A stretch of 64,000 nt of DNA from an uncultured Acidobacteriota bacterium (GCA_963700145.1 OY969474.1:2112001-2176000); one strand, 5' to 3'; positions 1 through 10,173 are shown, counted from the first letter of the stretch. Notes: generated from the sequence alone by a model not told the origin. Made by a program: numbers and translations.

Positions 1-306
1 GGCGAGCGCCGGGGCGTCCACCTCACCGCGCACCAAAACCACCCGGCAGCCGAGGAAATGCTCCCGCAGCAGGTCGCGGAGGACCGGCGGGCCCGCGATC
101 GGCTTGACGGCGACCGCCCGCCCCTCCCCCACCGCCACGGCGCGCAGGCAGCCGAGGGCGGCGGCGGCTTCGAGCGTCGCGGGAGCCGGGCCGGCGGACG
201 CCAGCTCCAGCCACCCCACCCGGATTCCTTCGGCCCGGCAGGCCGCGACCAGCGCCGCGAAGCGCTCCGGCCCCTCCTCCACCCGCAGCAGGTGCGGCGT
301 CTTCAC
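1..306 (-). CDS. Partial CDS (runs off window), weakly MobB-like hypothetical protein
   Basis: GTG overlaps the namZ stop (GTGA). Open frame MKTPHLLRVEEGPERFAALVAACRAEGIRVGWLEL...LRDLLREHFLGCRVVLVRGE loosely resembles MobB but has no P-loop; moaC is nearby. Confidence 0.45.
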   Translation of the reverse strand, partial: MKTPHLLRVEEGPERFAALVAACRAEGIRVGWLELASAGPAPATLEAAAALGCLRAVAVGEGRAVAVKPIAGPPVLRDLLREHFLGCRVVLVRGEVDAPALA

Positions 307-1520
307 GCGCCGTCGTCCTCGGGGTAAAGCAGGATCTCCCGCCGCTCCTCGCGGAACGCCGCCTCGTCGGCGGGCCAGGTCGCGACCCAGTCGTCGAGGA
401 TGCGGGCGTCGCCATCGAGACCGCGGCGCAGGGCGTCGCTGCCGGCGAGGAGATCGATCGCCGGCTGGTCGCCGACGAACTCGTAGGGCGCCGCCCGCCA
501 GGCGAAGGCCTGCGGCGCCGCGTCGCGAAAGGCGGCCAGGAGCTCGACGCCCAGCCGGTAGGCCGCGAGCGCCGCGCGGTCGGTCGCGACCAGCTCGACG
601 CCGCCGCAGTTCTCCCCCTTGTGCTTCTGGAACTGCGGCCGGAAGTAGGTCGGGATCGCGGCGACGCCGCGCACGCCGGCCGCCGCCAGCCGTTCCTCCA
701 GCTGCACCGCGACCCGCGGCGGCTCGACCTCCGGCGCGCCGACGAGCAGGAACGGCCGCGTCGTGCCGCGCCCTTCCGACAGCGCGGTGCCTTCGACCAG
801 GCAGAGCCCGGGGTAGACGGCCGCCGTCGCCGGCGTCGGCACGTTGGGCGACGGCGCGATCCATGGCAGGCCGGTCTCCTCCCAGAGCATCGACCGCCGC
901 CACCCCTCCATCGGCCAGACCTCGAGGCCGGCGCCCCAACCGCGCCGCCGCGCCTCCAGCCGCACCAGCTCGGCCGCCGTCAGGCCGTGGCGCACCGGCA
1001 GGCGGAAGGCGCCGACGAAGGACTCGAACTCGTCCTCGCGCAGGTTGCCTTCGACGACCGCGCCGCCCAGCGGGTTCGGGCGGTCGAGCACCCAGACCGC
1101 GCAGCCGGCGGCGAGCGCCGCCTCGGCCGCCCAGACGGCGGTGGCGGCATAGGTGTAATACCGCGCGCCGACGTCCTGGACGTCGACGACCAGGAGGTCG
1201 AGGCCGGCGAAGGCGGACGGATCGGGCCGCAGGCTCGTCTCGGCGTCGCCGTAGAGCGAGTGCAGCGGCGCGCCGGTCCAGGGGTCGGCGCCGCCGGCCG
1301 CCGCCACCATGTCCTGCTCGACGCCGTAGAAGCCGTGCTCGGGGCCGAAGAGCGCGGCCGGCGGGCCGGCCGGCGACGCCGCGAGGGCGAGGTGGATGGG
1401 GCGGAGGTCGGCGGTGATCGAGGCGCCGTGGGCGAGGAGGCCGTAGCGCCGGCCGGCCAGGCGGCGCGGCTCGGCGAGCAGGCGGTCGAGGCCGGTGCGG
1501 ACGGCCGCCCGCGCGCTCAA
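303..1520 (-). CDS. namZ: Exo-beta-N-acetylmuramidase NamZ family (DUF1343)
   Basis: LFGPEHG, DVQDVGARYYTY, VLDRPNP, PSPN and LSEGRGTTRPF motifs. Confidence 0.9.
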   Translation of the reverse strand: MSARAAVRTGLDRLLAEPRRLAGRRYGLLAHGASITADLRPIHLALAASPAGPPAALFGPEHGFYGVEQDMVAAAGGADPWTGAPLHSLYGDAETSLRPDPSAFAGLDLLVVDVQDVGARYYTYAATAVWAAEAALAAGCAVWVLDRPNPLGGAVVEGNLREDEFESFVGAFRLPVRHGLTAAELVRLEARRRGWGAGLEVWPMEGWRRSMLWEETGLPWIAPSPNVPTPATAAVYPGLCLVEGTALSEGRGTTRPFLLVGAPEVEPPRVAVQLEERLAAAGVRGVAAIPTYFRPQFQKHKGENCGGVELVATDRAALAAYRLGVELLAAFRDAAPQAFAWRAAPYEFVGDQPAIDLLAGSDALRRGLDGDARILDDWVATWPADEAAFREERREILLYPEDDGA

Positions 1521-1996
1521 GGAGATTGCCGCCGGAAGTCGCCGCTGCGGCCGCCGCTCTTCGCCTCCAGCCGCAGGTCGGTGACGACGGCGCCGCGCTC
1601 GACCGCCTTGACCATGTCGTAGAGCGCGAGGGCGGCGGTGGCGCAGGCGACGAGCGCCTCCATCTCGGCGCCGGTGCGGGCGGTCGTGACGACGCGGCTG
1701 CGGATCTCGACGCCGCCGGCCGCGGGCACCACCTCGACCTCCACCTGGTCGAGCGGCAGCGGGTGCGCCAGCGGGATCAGCTCGGCGGTCCGCTTCGCCC
1801 CCTGGATGCCGGCCAGGCGCGCCACCGCGAAGGCGTCCCCCTTGGGCAGGGCGGCGAGGCGGATCACGGTTTGCGCGGAGAGCAGGACGCGGCAGGAAGC
1901 GACCGCCTCGCGCCGGGTGACCGGCTTGTCCGAGACGTCCACCATGTGCGCTGCGCCCTCGCCGTCGAGGTGAGAGAAGGACTTGGGAAAGGTCAT
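1517..1996 (-). CDS. moaC: Cyclic pyranopterin monophosphate synthase MoaC
   Basis: SHLD..G.AHMVDVSDK, LIPLAHP, TGAEMEAL, YDMVKAV, KSGGRSG; start reset to ATG at 1996. Confidence 0.95.
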   Translation of the reverse strand: MTFPKSFSHLDGEGAAHMVDVSDKPVTRREAVASCRVLLSAQTVIRLAALPKGDAFAVARLAGIQGAKRTAELIPLAHPLPLDQVEVEVVPAAGGVEIRSRVVTTARTGAEMEALVACATAALALYDMVKAVERGAVVTDLRLEAKSGGRSGDFRRQSP

Positions 1997-2063
1997 GCGT
2001 TCCGCGGCGCGATCGGAGCGCATGCTAGCATCCGCGCGCTCCCCGACTCCGTAGACGAGCAGC

Positions 2064-2735
2064 ATGCGAGCGGCCATCGTCGTGCCGACCCTGGACGAGG
2101 AGGAGGCGCTCGCGCGCCACCTGCCGGCGGCGCTCCTGGCGGCCGACGAGGTGGTGGTGTCCGACGGCGGCAGCCGCGACGGCACCGTCGAGCTGGCGCG
2201 GCGGCTCGGGGCGCGCGTCGTCGAAGGGCCGGCGTGCCGCGGCGGGCAGCTCAACCGCGGCGCCGCCGCCTGCTCGGCCGATCTCCTCCTCTTCCTCCAC
2301 GCCGACACGTCCCTGCCGCCCGGCGGGGTCGACTTGGCGCGCGCCGCCGTCGCGGCCGGCGCGGTCGGCGGCGGCTTCCGCGTCCGCTTCGACGTCGATC
2401 GCCCGGCGCAGCGGCTGGGCGCGCGCCTCATCAACCTGCGCACCCGGCTGACCCGCGTGCCGCTCGGCGACCAGGCGCAGTTCGCCACCGCCGAAGCCTT
2501 CCGCGCCCTCGGCGGCTACCGCGACTGGCCGATCCTCGAGGACCTCGACTTCGCGCGCCGCTTGAAGCGCCACGGGCGGGTGGCACTCGTCGAGCAGCCG
2601 GTCATCACCGCCGCCCGCCGCTTCGTCGAGCGCGGCGTGGTGGCGACCGTGGCCACCAACTGGCTGATCTGGGGGCTCTTCGTCGTCGGCGTCTCGCCCC
2701 ACCGGCTGGCCGGGCTCTACCGGCAGATCCGCTGA
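2064..2735 (+). CDS. GT2 glycosyltransferase (TIGR04283-like)
   Basis: VVPTLDEE, DGGSRDGT, LFLHAD, GDQAQF, ILED motifs. Confidence 0.85.
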   Translation: MRAAIVVPTLDEEEALARHLPAALLAADEVVVSDGGSRDGTVELARRLGARVVEGPACRGGQLNRGAAACSADLLLFLHADTSLPPGGVDLARAAVAAGAVGGGFRVRFDVDRPAQRLGARLINLRTRLTRVPLGDQAQFATAEAFRALGGYRDWPILEDLDFARRLKRHGRVALVEQPVITAARRFVERGVVATVATNWLIWGLFVVGVSPHRLAGLYRQIR

Positions 2736-2751
2736 GCGGGGTACTTGCGCG

Positions 2752-3054
2752 TTACTTGCGTTTGGCGGCGCGCTTGACGGCGTTGACCGCGTCGCGCAGC
2801 TCTTTGCCGACCTTGAAGCGGACGCTCTTGCTGGCCTTGATGTCGATCGCCGCGCCGGTCGAGGGGTTGCGCCCCTTGCGCGCCGAGCGCTGCGCGACGC
2901 TGAACGAGCCGAAGCCGGGAAGCTTCACCGTCTCTCCGCGGCGCAGGGCCTCGCTGAAGGAGTCCACCACCGCGTCGTAGGCGTCGGAGGCCTGCTTGCG
3001 CGAGAGCCCTGCGCTGTCCGCAATTTTCGCAACGATGTCTGCCTTCCCAGCCAT
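2752..3054 (-). CDS. hup: HU family DNA-binding protein
   Basis: GFGSF, RKGRNPSTG, VRFKVGK. Confidence 0.93.
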   Translation of the reverse strand: MAGKADIVAKIADSAGLSRKQASDAYDAVVDSFSEALRRGETVKLPGFGSFSVAQRSARKGRNPSTGAAIDIKASKSVRFKVGKELRDAVNAVKRAAKRK

Positions 3055-3131
3055 CTTTTTCTCCTCCGAGCTCAGGGGTAAAAGTTTTCAGAAGGGTGCG
3101 GCGCCCAAGATAAGGCTTGGTCCTGGGGCTG

Positions 3132-4514
3132 TCAATGGCGAGGCGAATCGCCGCGGCGCAGGACGTGGACGGTGAAGCCGTCGTGGTCGCCGCCGGTCAG
3201 GACGCGCCAGAGGCCGGGTGCCTCGACGCCGCGGTCGAGCGGCGGCGGCAGCGCGGCGGCGAGCGGCGCCGGCGCGAAGTCGGAGCGCGCGGCGAGGAAG
3301 CGGCCGACGACGTCCTCGTTCTCCTCCGCCTCCAGCGAGCAGGTGATGGCGACGAGGAGGCCGCCCGGCGCCACCAGCGGCGCGACGCCGTCGAGGAGGC
3401 GCAGCGCCTGCGCGCTGAGGCGCCCGATCTCGCCTTCGCTGATCCGCCACTTGAGCTCGGGGTGGCGGCGCAGCGTGCCGGTGCCGCTGCACGGCAGGTC
3501 GAGGACGACGCGGTCGAACGGGCCGGCGGCGGCCGGCGCCGCGGCGTCGGCGACGTGCAGCGGCAGCGGCCGGCCGAGGCGGCGGAGGTTGGCGCGCACG
3601 ATCGCGGCGCGCGCCGGGGCGACGTCGCCGAGGAGGAGCCGGACGCGCGGCTCCCAGGCCAGCAGCGCGAAAGCCTTGCCGCCCGGCGCCGCGGCGGCGT
3701 CGAGCACCCGCTCGCCGGGCTTCGGCGGCGGCAGCAGCGCCGCCGCCTGGCTCGCCGCGTCCTGGACGTAGAAGTCGCCGCGGCGGAAGGCGGCGGTCGC
3801 GAGCGGGTTGCCGCGCCGCACGGTGAGCCCGAGCGGCGAGAGCGCCGCCGGTTCCACCTCCAGCCCCTCGTCGATCAGCGCCTCGGCCAGCAGCTCGCGC
3901 CCGCCGCGGTCGCGGAAGGCGAGGAGCTGGAGCGGCTTCTGGCGGTTGTTGGCGTTGAGCAGGTCGAGCGTCCGCGCGGTCCCGAAGCGGGCGAGCCAGC
4001 GGGCGACGAGGAAGTCGGGGTGCGAGAGCTCGATCCCCAGCCGCCGCACCCGGTCGCTCTCGCGCACCGGCCAGGCGTCGAGGCGCGGCGCCCGCGCGAT
4101 GCGCCGCAGCACGCCGTTGACGAAGCTGGCGCCGCCGCGGTGGGTGACCTGGTGCGCCTGCTCGACCGCCTCGGAGACCGCGGCGTGCGCCGGCACGCGG
4201 TCGAGGAGGAGGAGCTGGTAGGTGGCGATGCGCAGCGGCGCGTGGAGCGCCGGCTCGATGTCCTCGAAGCGGCGGCTGCTGGCGGCGGAGATGACGTGGT
4301 CGAGCCGCCGCAGCCAGCGCAGGCTGCCGAGCACCAGCTCGCGCAGCAGCGCCTGGTCGCGCTCGTCGAAGCGCGCCAGGGCGCTGTCGAGGAAGGCGTC
4401 GGCGGGGGCGTGCGACAGCAGCGTCCGCTCGAGCACCCAGCCGGCCGCCACCCGCACGTCGTTCTGCGGCGTGCGGCGCGGGGTCGTGCGCCGGGGACGC
4501 GCCGGGGCGCGCAT
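3132..4514 (-). CDS. rsmB: 16S rRNA m5C967 methyltransferase RsmB/Sun
   Basis: NusB-like N-terminus, VQDAASQ, AAPGGK, DLPCSGTG, TCSLEAEENE; downstream of fmt. Confidence 0.92.
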   Translation of the reverse strand: MRAPARPRRTTPRRTPQNDVRVAAGWVLERTLLSHAPADAFLDSALARFDERDQALLRELVLGSLRWLRRLDHVISAASSRRFEDIEPALHAPLRIATYQLLLLDRVPAHAAVSEAVEQAHQVTHRGGASFVNGVLRRIARAPRLDAWPVRESDRVRRLGIELSHPDFLVARWLARFGTARTLDLLNANNRQKPLQLLAFRDRGGRELLAEALIDEGLEVEPAALSPLGLTVRRGNPLATAAFRRGDFYVQDAASQAAALLPPPKPGERVLDAAAAPGGKAFALLAWEPRVRLLLGDVAPARAAIVRANLRRLGRPLPLHVADAAAPAAAGPFDRVVLDLPCSGTGTLRRHPELKWRISEGEIGRLSAQALRLLDGVAPLVAPGGLLVAITCSLEAEENEDVVGRFLAARSDFAPAPLAAALPPPLDRGVEAPGLWRVLTGGDHDGFTVHVLRRGDSPRH

Positions 4515-5470
4515 CAGGAGAACCTCTCGCCGGGCTGGAGGCGCTCGCCGTTGGCGAAGGTGGCGGCGTCGAGCGCGCGGCGGCCGGGGCGCTGCAACGT
4601 TTCGATCCCGAGCGCCGTGCCGCCGCCGCAGGCGACCGCGAGACGGCCGCCGGCGAGGCCGAGGATGGTTCCCGGAGGGTCCTGCCGCGGCGTAGCCGCT
4701 TTCAAATCAACCGCGGCGACGAGCTTGACCGGCTCCTCGCGCAGCGTCGCCCAGAGGCCGGGCCAGGGGGTGTAGGCGCGCAGGCGGTCGAAGAGCGCCG
4801 GCCCCGGGAGCCTCCAGTCGGCGCGGCCGCTGGCGCGCGTCAGGCGCGGCGCGAAGGTGGCGTCCGCCTCGCGCTGCGGCGCCGGCGAGAGAGTCCCGGC
4901 TGCGAGCGCCGCGAGGGTGCGCACGACGAGGCCGGCGCCGCGCTCGGCCAGCCGGGCGCCGAGCTCCCCCGCCGTCTCCTCGGCGCCGATCGCCACCTCC
5001 TCCTGGAGGAGGATCGGGCCGGCGTCGAGCCCGGCCTCCATCTGCATCGTGGTGACGCCGGTCGTGCGGTCGCCGGCGGCGATCGCCGCCTGGATCGGCG
5101 CCGCGCCGCGCCAGCGCGGCAGGAGCGACGCGTGCAGGTTGATGCAGCCGTGGTCGGGGAGGTCGAGGAGGGCGCGCGGGAAGATCTGGCCGAAGGCGAC
5201 GACGACGGCGACCTCCGGCCGCAGGGCGGCGAGCTCGGCCAGGAAGGGCTCGGCGCGCACCTTCTCGGGCTGCAGCAGCGGCAACCCGAGCGCGCGGGCG
5301 CGGCGGGCGACCGGCGGCTCCTCGAGGCGCCGCCCGCGCCCCACCGGCCGCGCCGGCTGGCTCACCACCGCGACCGGCGCGCGCCCGGCGGCGACCAGCG
5401 CGTCGAGGGTCGGCAGCGCGAAGTCGGGCGTGCCGAAGAACACCACTCGCTCGAGCGCCTCCCCCGCCAT
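4514..5470 (-). CDS. fmt: Methionyl-tRNA formyltransferase
   Basis: FFGTPDFA, INLHASLLPRWRGAAPIQ, GLDAG. Confidence 0.97.
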   Translation of the reverse strand: MAGEALERVVFFGTPDFALPTLDALVAAGRAPVAVVSQPARPVGRGRRLEEPPVARRARALGLPLLQPEKVRAEPFLAELAALRPEVAVVVAFGQIFPRALLDLPDHGCINLHASLLPRWRGAAPIQAAIAAGDRTTGVTTMQMEAGLDAGPILLQEEVAIGAEETAGELGARLAERGAGLVVRTLAALAAGTLSPAPQREADATFAPRLTRASGRADWRLPGPALFDRLRAYTPWPGLWATLREEPVKLVAAVDLKAATPRQDPPGTILGLAGGRLAVACGGGTALGIETLQRPGRRALDAATFANGERLQPGERFS

Positions 5471-5508
5471 GCGGGGATGGTAACGGAAGGGGATTAACGG
5501 TGAGGACT

Positions 5509-5587
5509 TGTCATTCCGAGCGCAGCGAGGAATCTGGGGGCCGGGCTTCGTCCCCCGCCCAGATCCCTCGCTACGCTCGGGATGACA
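5509..5587. repeat. REP-like inverted pair (GTCATYCYGAGCG...GGATCT family)
   Basis: TGTCATTCCGAGCGCAGCGAGGAATCTGGG ... CCCAGATCCCTCGCTACGCTCGGGATGACA; related copies elsewhere in the window. Confidence 0.85.
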
Positions 5588-5593
5588 TAGCGA

Positions 5594-6802
5594 TCAGTTT
5601 CCTGGATTCACCACCACAAACCGCCGCTCGCCCAGCAGCGTCGTGCCGCCGACGTCGTCCACCACGATCACCTGCAGGAAGTGCTCGCCGTTGGCGATCT
5701 TGGTCGTGTCGACCGCGAACACCCAGCCCGGCACCGCACTGTCCGGGTAGCCGGGGTAGAGCGACGACACCGCAGGTCGCACCAGGCTGAGCGTCGTCGA
5801 GCCGACGAGCACGCCGTCGACGTAGAAGTCGAGCCGCGACACCCCGTTGATGTCGAGCGCCCAGCCGTGGGCGGTCATGATGCCGCTGTACTGCTGGCCG
5901 TTGAGCGGCCCGCCGATCAAGCCGAAGGCGTCCTCGTTGCCCAGGTCCTCGTCGCAGATGAAGGAGACCGGGATGCTGTCGATGTTCGCCACCTGGCCGT
6001 TGAAGTCGCCCGCCCGCACGGTCAGCAGGTGATGGCCGGGCGTGTAGCCGAAGGCCATCAGCAGGCCGATGTCGAGCACGAAGCGGAAGCCGCTCTGCGG
6101 GCTGTCCTTGAGGCTGGGGAAGAAGGGCTGGATGTCCACGCGCCGCAGCCCGTAGCAGTTCGAGAGGCCGCCCGTGAGGGTCGAGAAGAAGCAGTCGGTC
6201 TTGCTGTTGGCGAACTCGCCGCCGTCGATCAGCAGCTCGACGTAGCCGACGCCGTGGTCGTCGGCCTGGACGCCGGCGTCGAGCGCGTAGCCGGAGATGA
6301 CCGAGTAACGGCGCGCCGCGGTGGCCAGGTTGCAGTGGCCGCGCAGCTCGGCGTTCTCGTTGGGGAACTCGATCCTGCCGAAGGGGGCGAGGTTGTGGGT
6401 GACGTTGCTGAACTGGAAGGTGCGCGAGCCCACGAACGCGAACTCGCCGGTCTTGCTCTTGACCCGCACGCTCACCGTGTGCAGGCCGTTGAGGTAGTGG
6501 GTGGTGTCGAGGCCGTAGGAGAAGCCGGCGGCCTTGGCGTCCGGGAAGGTCGGGAAGCGCGCCGCCACCCCCGGCCGGGCGCGGCCGTAGGCGGCGCGGC
6601 CGGCGATCACGCCGTCGACGAAGACGTCCACGGAGTCGACGCCGTTGTCGTCCAGAGCCCAGCCGAAGAGGGGGATGACCCCGGCGCCGGCGTTGCCGCC
6701 GCCCACGATGCCGCCGAAGGAGCCGAAGGGCGGGGCGGCGGCGGCCGGCAGCGCCGCCAGCAGGACAGCCCCGATCGTCGTCAGGAGGATCTTGCGCCGC
6801 AT
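5594..6802 (-). CDS. Secreted protein with three repeated Ig-like (Big-type) domains
   Basis: Signal peptide MRRKILLTTIGAVLLAALPAAA; three repeats of G[WY]ALD..GV..V...[VI]DG...GxH.L.V. Confidence 0.75.
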   Translation of the reverse strand: MRRKILLTTIGAVLLAALPAAAAPPFGSFGGIVGGGNAGAGVIPLFGWALDDNGVDSVDVFVDGVIAGRAAYGRARPGVAARFPTFPDAKAAGFSYGLDTTHYLNGLHTVSVRVKSKTGEFAFVGSRTFQFSNVTHNLAPFGRIEFPNENAELRGHCNLATAARRYSVISGYALDAGVQADDHGVGYVELLIDGGEFANSKTDCFFSTLTGGLSNCYGLRRVDIQPFFPSLKDSPQSGFRFVLDIGLLMAFGYTPGHHLLTVRAGDFNGQVANIDSIPVSFICDEDLGNEDAFGLIGGPLNGQQYSGIMTAHGWALDINGVSRLDFYVDGVLVGSTTLSLVRPAVSSLYPGYPDSAVPGWVFAVDTTKIANGEHFLQVIVVDDVGGTTLLGERRFVVVNPGN

Positions 6803-6928
6803 CGCTTGCCTCCGCCTCACACCGCGCCCGGGCCCTGCTGCGCCCCGCGCATAGAAGGCCTTGAATTTGTGAAGCTTTACTCGAAACAGTGGGCGGGATG
6901 TTAGCGACGCCAATAGCAGAAAGTCAAT

Positions 6929-7894
6929 TTAAGCTTGCTTTAAGCCCCCTAACCCCTGCAGATGGGCCTCGACGAGGAGCGGCAGGTGGGCCAGGTCGTA
7001 GCCTCCTTCGAGCACCGCCAGCACCCGTCCTTCGGCTACCTCTTCGGCCAGCTCCCCCAGCCAGGTTCCCCAGTCGGCGAAGCCGCGCTCGGTGACCGCG
7101 AGCCCGCCGAGCGGGTCGCCCTGCCAGGCGTCGAAGCCGGCCGAAAGCAGCAGGACCTCGGGGGCGAAGCGGCGGAGGGCCGGGAGCACGCGGCCGCGGA
7201 TCGCCTCCTCCAGCTCCTGGTCGCCGGCGCCGGCCGGCAGCGGCACGTTGAGGGTGAAGCCGGCGCCCGGGCCGGTGCCGGTCTCGGAGGCGGCGCCGGT
7301 GCCGGGGTAGAAGGGGTACTGGTGGGTGCTGGCGTAGAAGACGTCGGCGCGGGCCTCGAAGAGGTGCTGGGTGCCGTTGCCGTGGTGGACGTCGAAGTCG
7401 AAGATCGCCACCCGCCCGACGCCGTGCCGCGCCCGCAGGTGCTCGGCCGCCACCGCCACGTTGTTGAAGAAGCAGAAGCCCATGGCGGTGGCGCGCTCGG
7501 CGTGGTGCCCGGGCGGGCGGACGGCGGCGAAGGCGCGGCGGCCGGGGGCGGCGGCCACCCAGTCGGCCGCCGCGAGCGTCGCCTCGACCGCCCCCCAGGC
7601 GCCGCGCCAGGTGCCGGTCGAGAGCGGGTTGTCGGCCGAGTCGAGGAGGCCGTCGCCCCGCTCGACGGCGCGCCGGAAGCGGTCGACGTACTCCGGGGCG
7701 TGCAGGCGGACGACCGCCTCGCGGCTGGCCGGCGCCGGCTCGTCCGTAGCAGCACCGGCGGGGGCCGCCGGCTCGACGATCGGATAGCCCCGCTGCCGCA
7801 GGTGCGCGACGACGGAGGCCAGCCGCTCCGGTCGCTCCGGGTAGCCACGCGGCGCCGTGTGCTCCAGGCACCGGCTGTCGGTGAAGACCTGCAC
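6929..7894 (-). CDS. Histone deacetylase family protein
   Basis: PERPERL, RPPGHHA, GFCFFNN, DFDVHHGNGTQ, SAGFDA, LEGGY; GTG start at 7894. Confidence 0.93.
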   Translation of the reverse strand: MQVFTDSRCLEHTAPRGYPERPERLASVVAHLRQRGYPIVEPAAPAGAATDEPAPASREAVVRLHAPEYVDRFRRAVERGDGLLDSADNPLSTGTWRGAWGAVEATLAAADWVAAAPGRRAFAAVRPPGHHAERATAMGFCFFNNVAVAAEHLRARHGVGRVAIFDFDVHHGNGTQHLFEARADVFYASTHQYPFYPGTGAASETGTGPGAGFTLNVPLPAGAGDQELEEAIRGRVLPALRRFAPEVLLLSAGFDAWQGDPLGGLAVTERGFADWGTWLGELAEEVAEGRVLAVLEGGYDLAHLPLLVEAHLQGLGGLKQA

Positions 7895-7905
7895 GGCGCG
7901 CGATC

Positions 7906-8514
7906 CTAGCCGGGCGCCGCGATTTCCGCTTCCTGCGCCGCCAGCCGCCGCTTCATGCGGTGGAGGATCGAGGCGACGCTGCCGGGCGCCAGCCGGCCCC
8001 CCGCCGCGCGCGAGATCTCGCGGCAGGTCCAGCCTTCGAGGACGGCGAGCTCCAGGATGAAGGCGTCGCGCCCCGCCCGCGCTCCCGGCCGGGCGGCGGC
8101 GCGGCAGCGGGCCCGCGCCTCCAGCCGCCGCTCGACGGCGAGGAGGCGGTCCTCCGGCGTGCCCGCGGGATCGGCCGCCCGCTCCGCCAGCTCGTCGGGG
8201 CAGAGCTCGACGATCCGGCCGCCGCCGCGCTTGCCGGCGCCGGCGGTGCGCAGCTGGTCGAGCACCACCCGCTCGGCGACCCGCCCGAGGTAGGCGGCGA
8301 GCGTCCGCTCCCCCGCCGCCGCGCGGCAGGCCGCGAGCCGCCGGCCGCCCGCGGCGAGGAGGCGACAGTAGACCTCCTGCACCATCTCCTCGACCTGCTC
8401 CGCCCGCACCCGCGCGCCGGCCCCGGCGAGCGTCTGCCGCACGCGCCGCCGCAGCCCGGCGCCGTGGCGCTCGACGAGCGCCGTCCAACCCAGTTCACCA
8501 AGCGTCGTGTCCAT
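7906..8514 (-). CDS. ECF-type sigma-70 factor-like protein
   Basis: Region-2-like VEEMVQEVYCRLL and AYLGRVA; C-terminal HTH EGWTCREIS...SILHR. Confidence 0.7.
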   Translation of the reverse strand: MDTTLGELGWTALVERHGAGLRRRVRQTLAGAGARVRAEQVEEMVQEVYCRLLAAGGRRLAACRAAAGERTLAAYLGRVAERVVLDQLRTAGAGKRGGGRIVELCPDELAERAADPAGTPEDRLLAVERRLEARARCRAAARPGARAGRDAFILELAVLEGWTCREISRAAGGRLAPGSVASILHRMKRRLAAQEAEIAAPG

Positions 8515-8616
8515 CTCCGCTCCTTTCTGGAGCGGAGGCGGGAAACCTGTGGATGGAGCGCGCGGGCGGGCGCCCGCGGACAGGAGAGATCGCTAGTGTA
8601 CCATCCGCCCTCCCGC

Positions 8617-10011
8617 ATGCGCCGTCCGCGTCTCGCCCTCGCCTTTCTCCTTCTCCTGTTCTCCCTCGTCGCCTGCCGCGGCCGCGGCGCCGAAAAGGAC
8701 GCCGTGCCTCCCCTCGCCGGCGCGGCGCGGGGGTGGAACGTCCTGCTGCTCTCGATCGACACCCTGCGCGCCGACCGCCTCGGCGCCTACGGCTACGCCG
8801 CGCGGCCGAACAGCCCGCGGCTCGACGCCCTCCTCGGCTCGGGGGTGCGCTTCGCGGCGGCGATGGCGCCGCGCGCCAGCACCTGGCCGGCGCTGGCCTC
8901 GACCCTGACCGGCCTCTACCCGGTGGCGCACGGCGTGCTCGAGAACGGCTACGCCTTCCCGGAGGCGCTCCCCACCCTCCCCAAGCGCCTGCACGGCGCG
9001 GGCTACGAGACCGGCGCCTTCCTCTCCAACATGTGCCGCGCCGGGCACCGCGGCTGGGACGCCTTCGCGTGCAGCGGCGGCGAGGACGGCAAGACGGTGC
9101 GGCGGGCGGTCGAGTGGGCGCGGGGGCGGGGGGGCGAGCGGCCGTTCCTGCTCTGGGTCCACCTCTTCGGCGCCCACTCCCCCTACTACAACGGCGGCGA
9201 CGGCGCGGCGCGGCTCGACCCCGGCTACCGCGGGCCCGTCGGCCCCAAGAAGTGGCAGCTCGACCGCATCATGCGCGAGCGGCTGCCGCTCGGCCCGCGC
9301 GACGTCGCCCACCTCGACGCGCTCTACGACGCGGCGGTGGCGGGGAGCGATCGGCTGGCCGGGAACCTCCTCGACGGCCTGCGCGAGGCCGGAAAGCTGG
9401 AGCGGACGGTCGTCGTCTTCCTCTCCGACCACGGCGAGGAGCTCTACGACCACCACGGCTACCTCTACCACGCCTGCTCGGTCTACCAGGCGGGCCTCCA
9501 CGTGCCGCTCGGGATCGCCGCGCCGGGCCTGCTGCCGGCGGGCGGGGTGGCGCGCGACACCGTCGAGCTGGTGGACGTGGCGCCGACGCTCCTCGCCCTC
9601 CTCGGCCTGCCGCCGTTCGGCGAGACGCAGGGACGGTCGCTCCTGCCGCTCCTCGAGCGGCCGGCGGCGGAGCGGGAGGAGCGGCCGGCCTTCTCGCAGT
9701 ACGGCGCCGAGCCGCTCCACACCGTGCTGGCCGGCGGCTGGAAGCTGGTCTACAACCCGCGCGGCTTCTCCCCGGTCTGCATCCCCGGCGCGCCGCCCGA
9801 CCACTTCCCCATCGCCCGCGCCGAGCTCTACGACCTGGCGCGCGACCCCGGCGAGACCGCGAACCTCGCCGAGCGCGAGCCGGCGCGGGTGACGCGCCTG
9901 GCGCGGCTCATCCGCCAGCGCTTCGCCGGCGTGCGCAACCGCGCCGTGCGCCAGGAGCTGCCCGAGCAGCTTGAGGAGGAACTCAAGAGCCTCGGGTACG
10001 CGGTGCCGTGA
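8617..10011 (+). CDS. Sulfatase-like lipoprotein (alkaline phosphatase superfamily)
   Basis: Lipobox LVAC, NVLLLSIDTLRAD, LTGLYP, SDHGE, ELYDL..DPGE. Confidence 0.88.
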   Translation: MRRPRLALAFLLLLFSLVACRGRGAEKDAVPPLAGAARGWNVLLLSIDTLRADRLGAYGYAARPNSPRLDALLGSGVRFAAAMAPRASTWPALASTLTGLYPVAHGVLENGYAFPEALPTLPKRLHGAGYETGAFLSNMCRAGHRGWDAFACSGGEDGKTVRRAVEWARGRGGERPFLLWVHLFGAHSPYYNGGDGAARLDPGYRGPVGPKKWQLDRIMRERLPLGPRDVAHLDALYDAAVAGSDRLAGNLLDGLREAGKLERTVVVFLSDHGEELYDHHGYLYHACSVYQAGLHVPLGIAAPGLLPAGGVARDTVELVDVAPTLLALLGLPPFGETQGRSLLPLLERPAAEREERPAFSQYGAEPLHTVLAGGWKLVYNPRGFSPVCIPGAPPDHFPIARAELYDLARDPGETANLAEREPARVTRLARLIRQRFAGVRNRAVRQELPEQLEEELKSLGYAVP

Positions 10012-10097
10012 AAAAACGCCCGGCACGTAGGCCGGGCGCTACGGGAACGTTGACTTGCTACCGTCGGTTCAATAGGATGGACTGCCTTGGAGGCGAG

Positions 10098-10173
10098 GGG
10101 AGGTTAGCTCAGCGGTCAGAGCACCTGCCTTACACGCAGGGGGTCGCGGGTTCGATTCCCTCACCTCCCACCA
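10098..10173 (+). tRNA. tRNA-Val(TAC)
   Basis: Cloverleaf with GGGAGGT/ACCTCCC acceptor, anticodon arm CCTGC-CTTACAC-GCAGG, TTCGA loop, encoded CCA. Confidence 0.97.
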
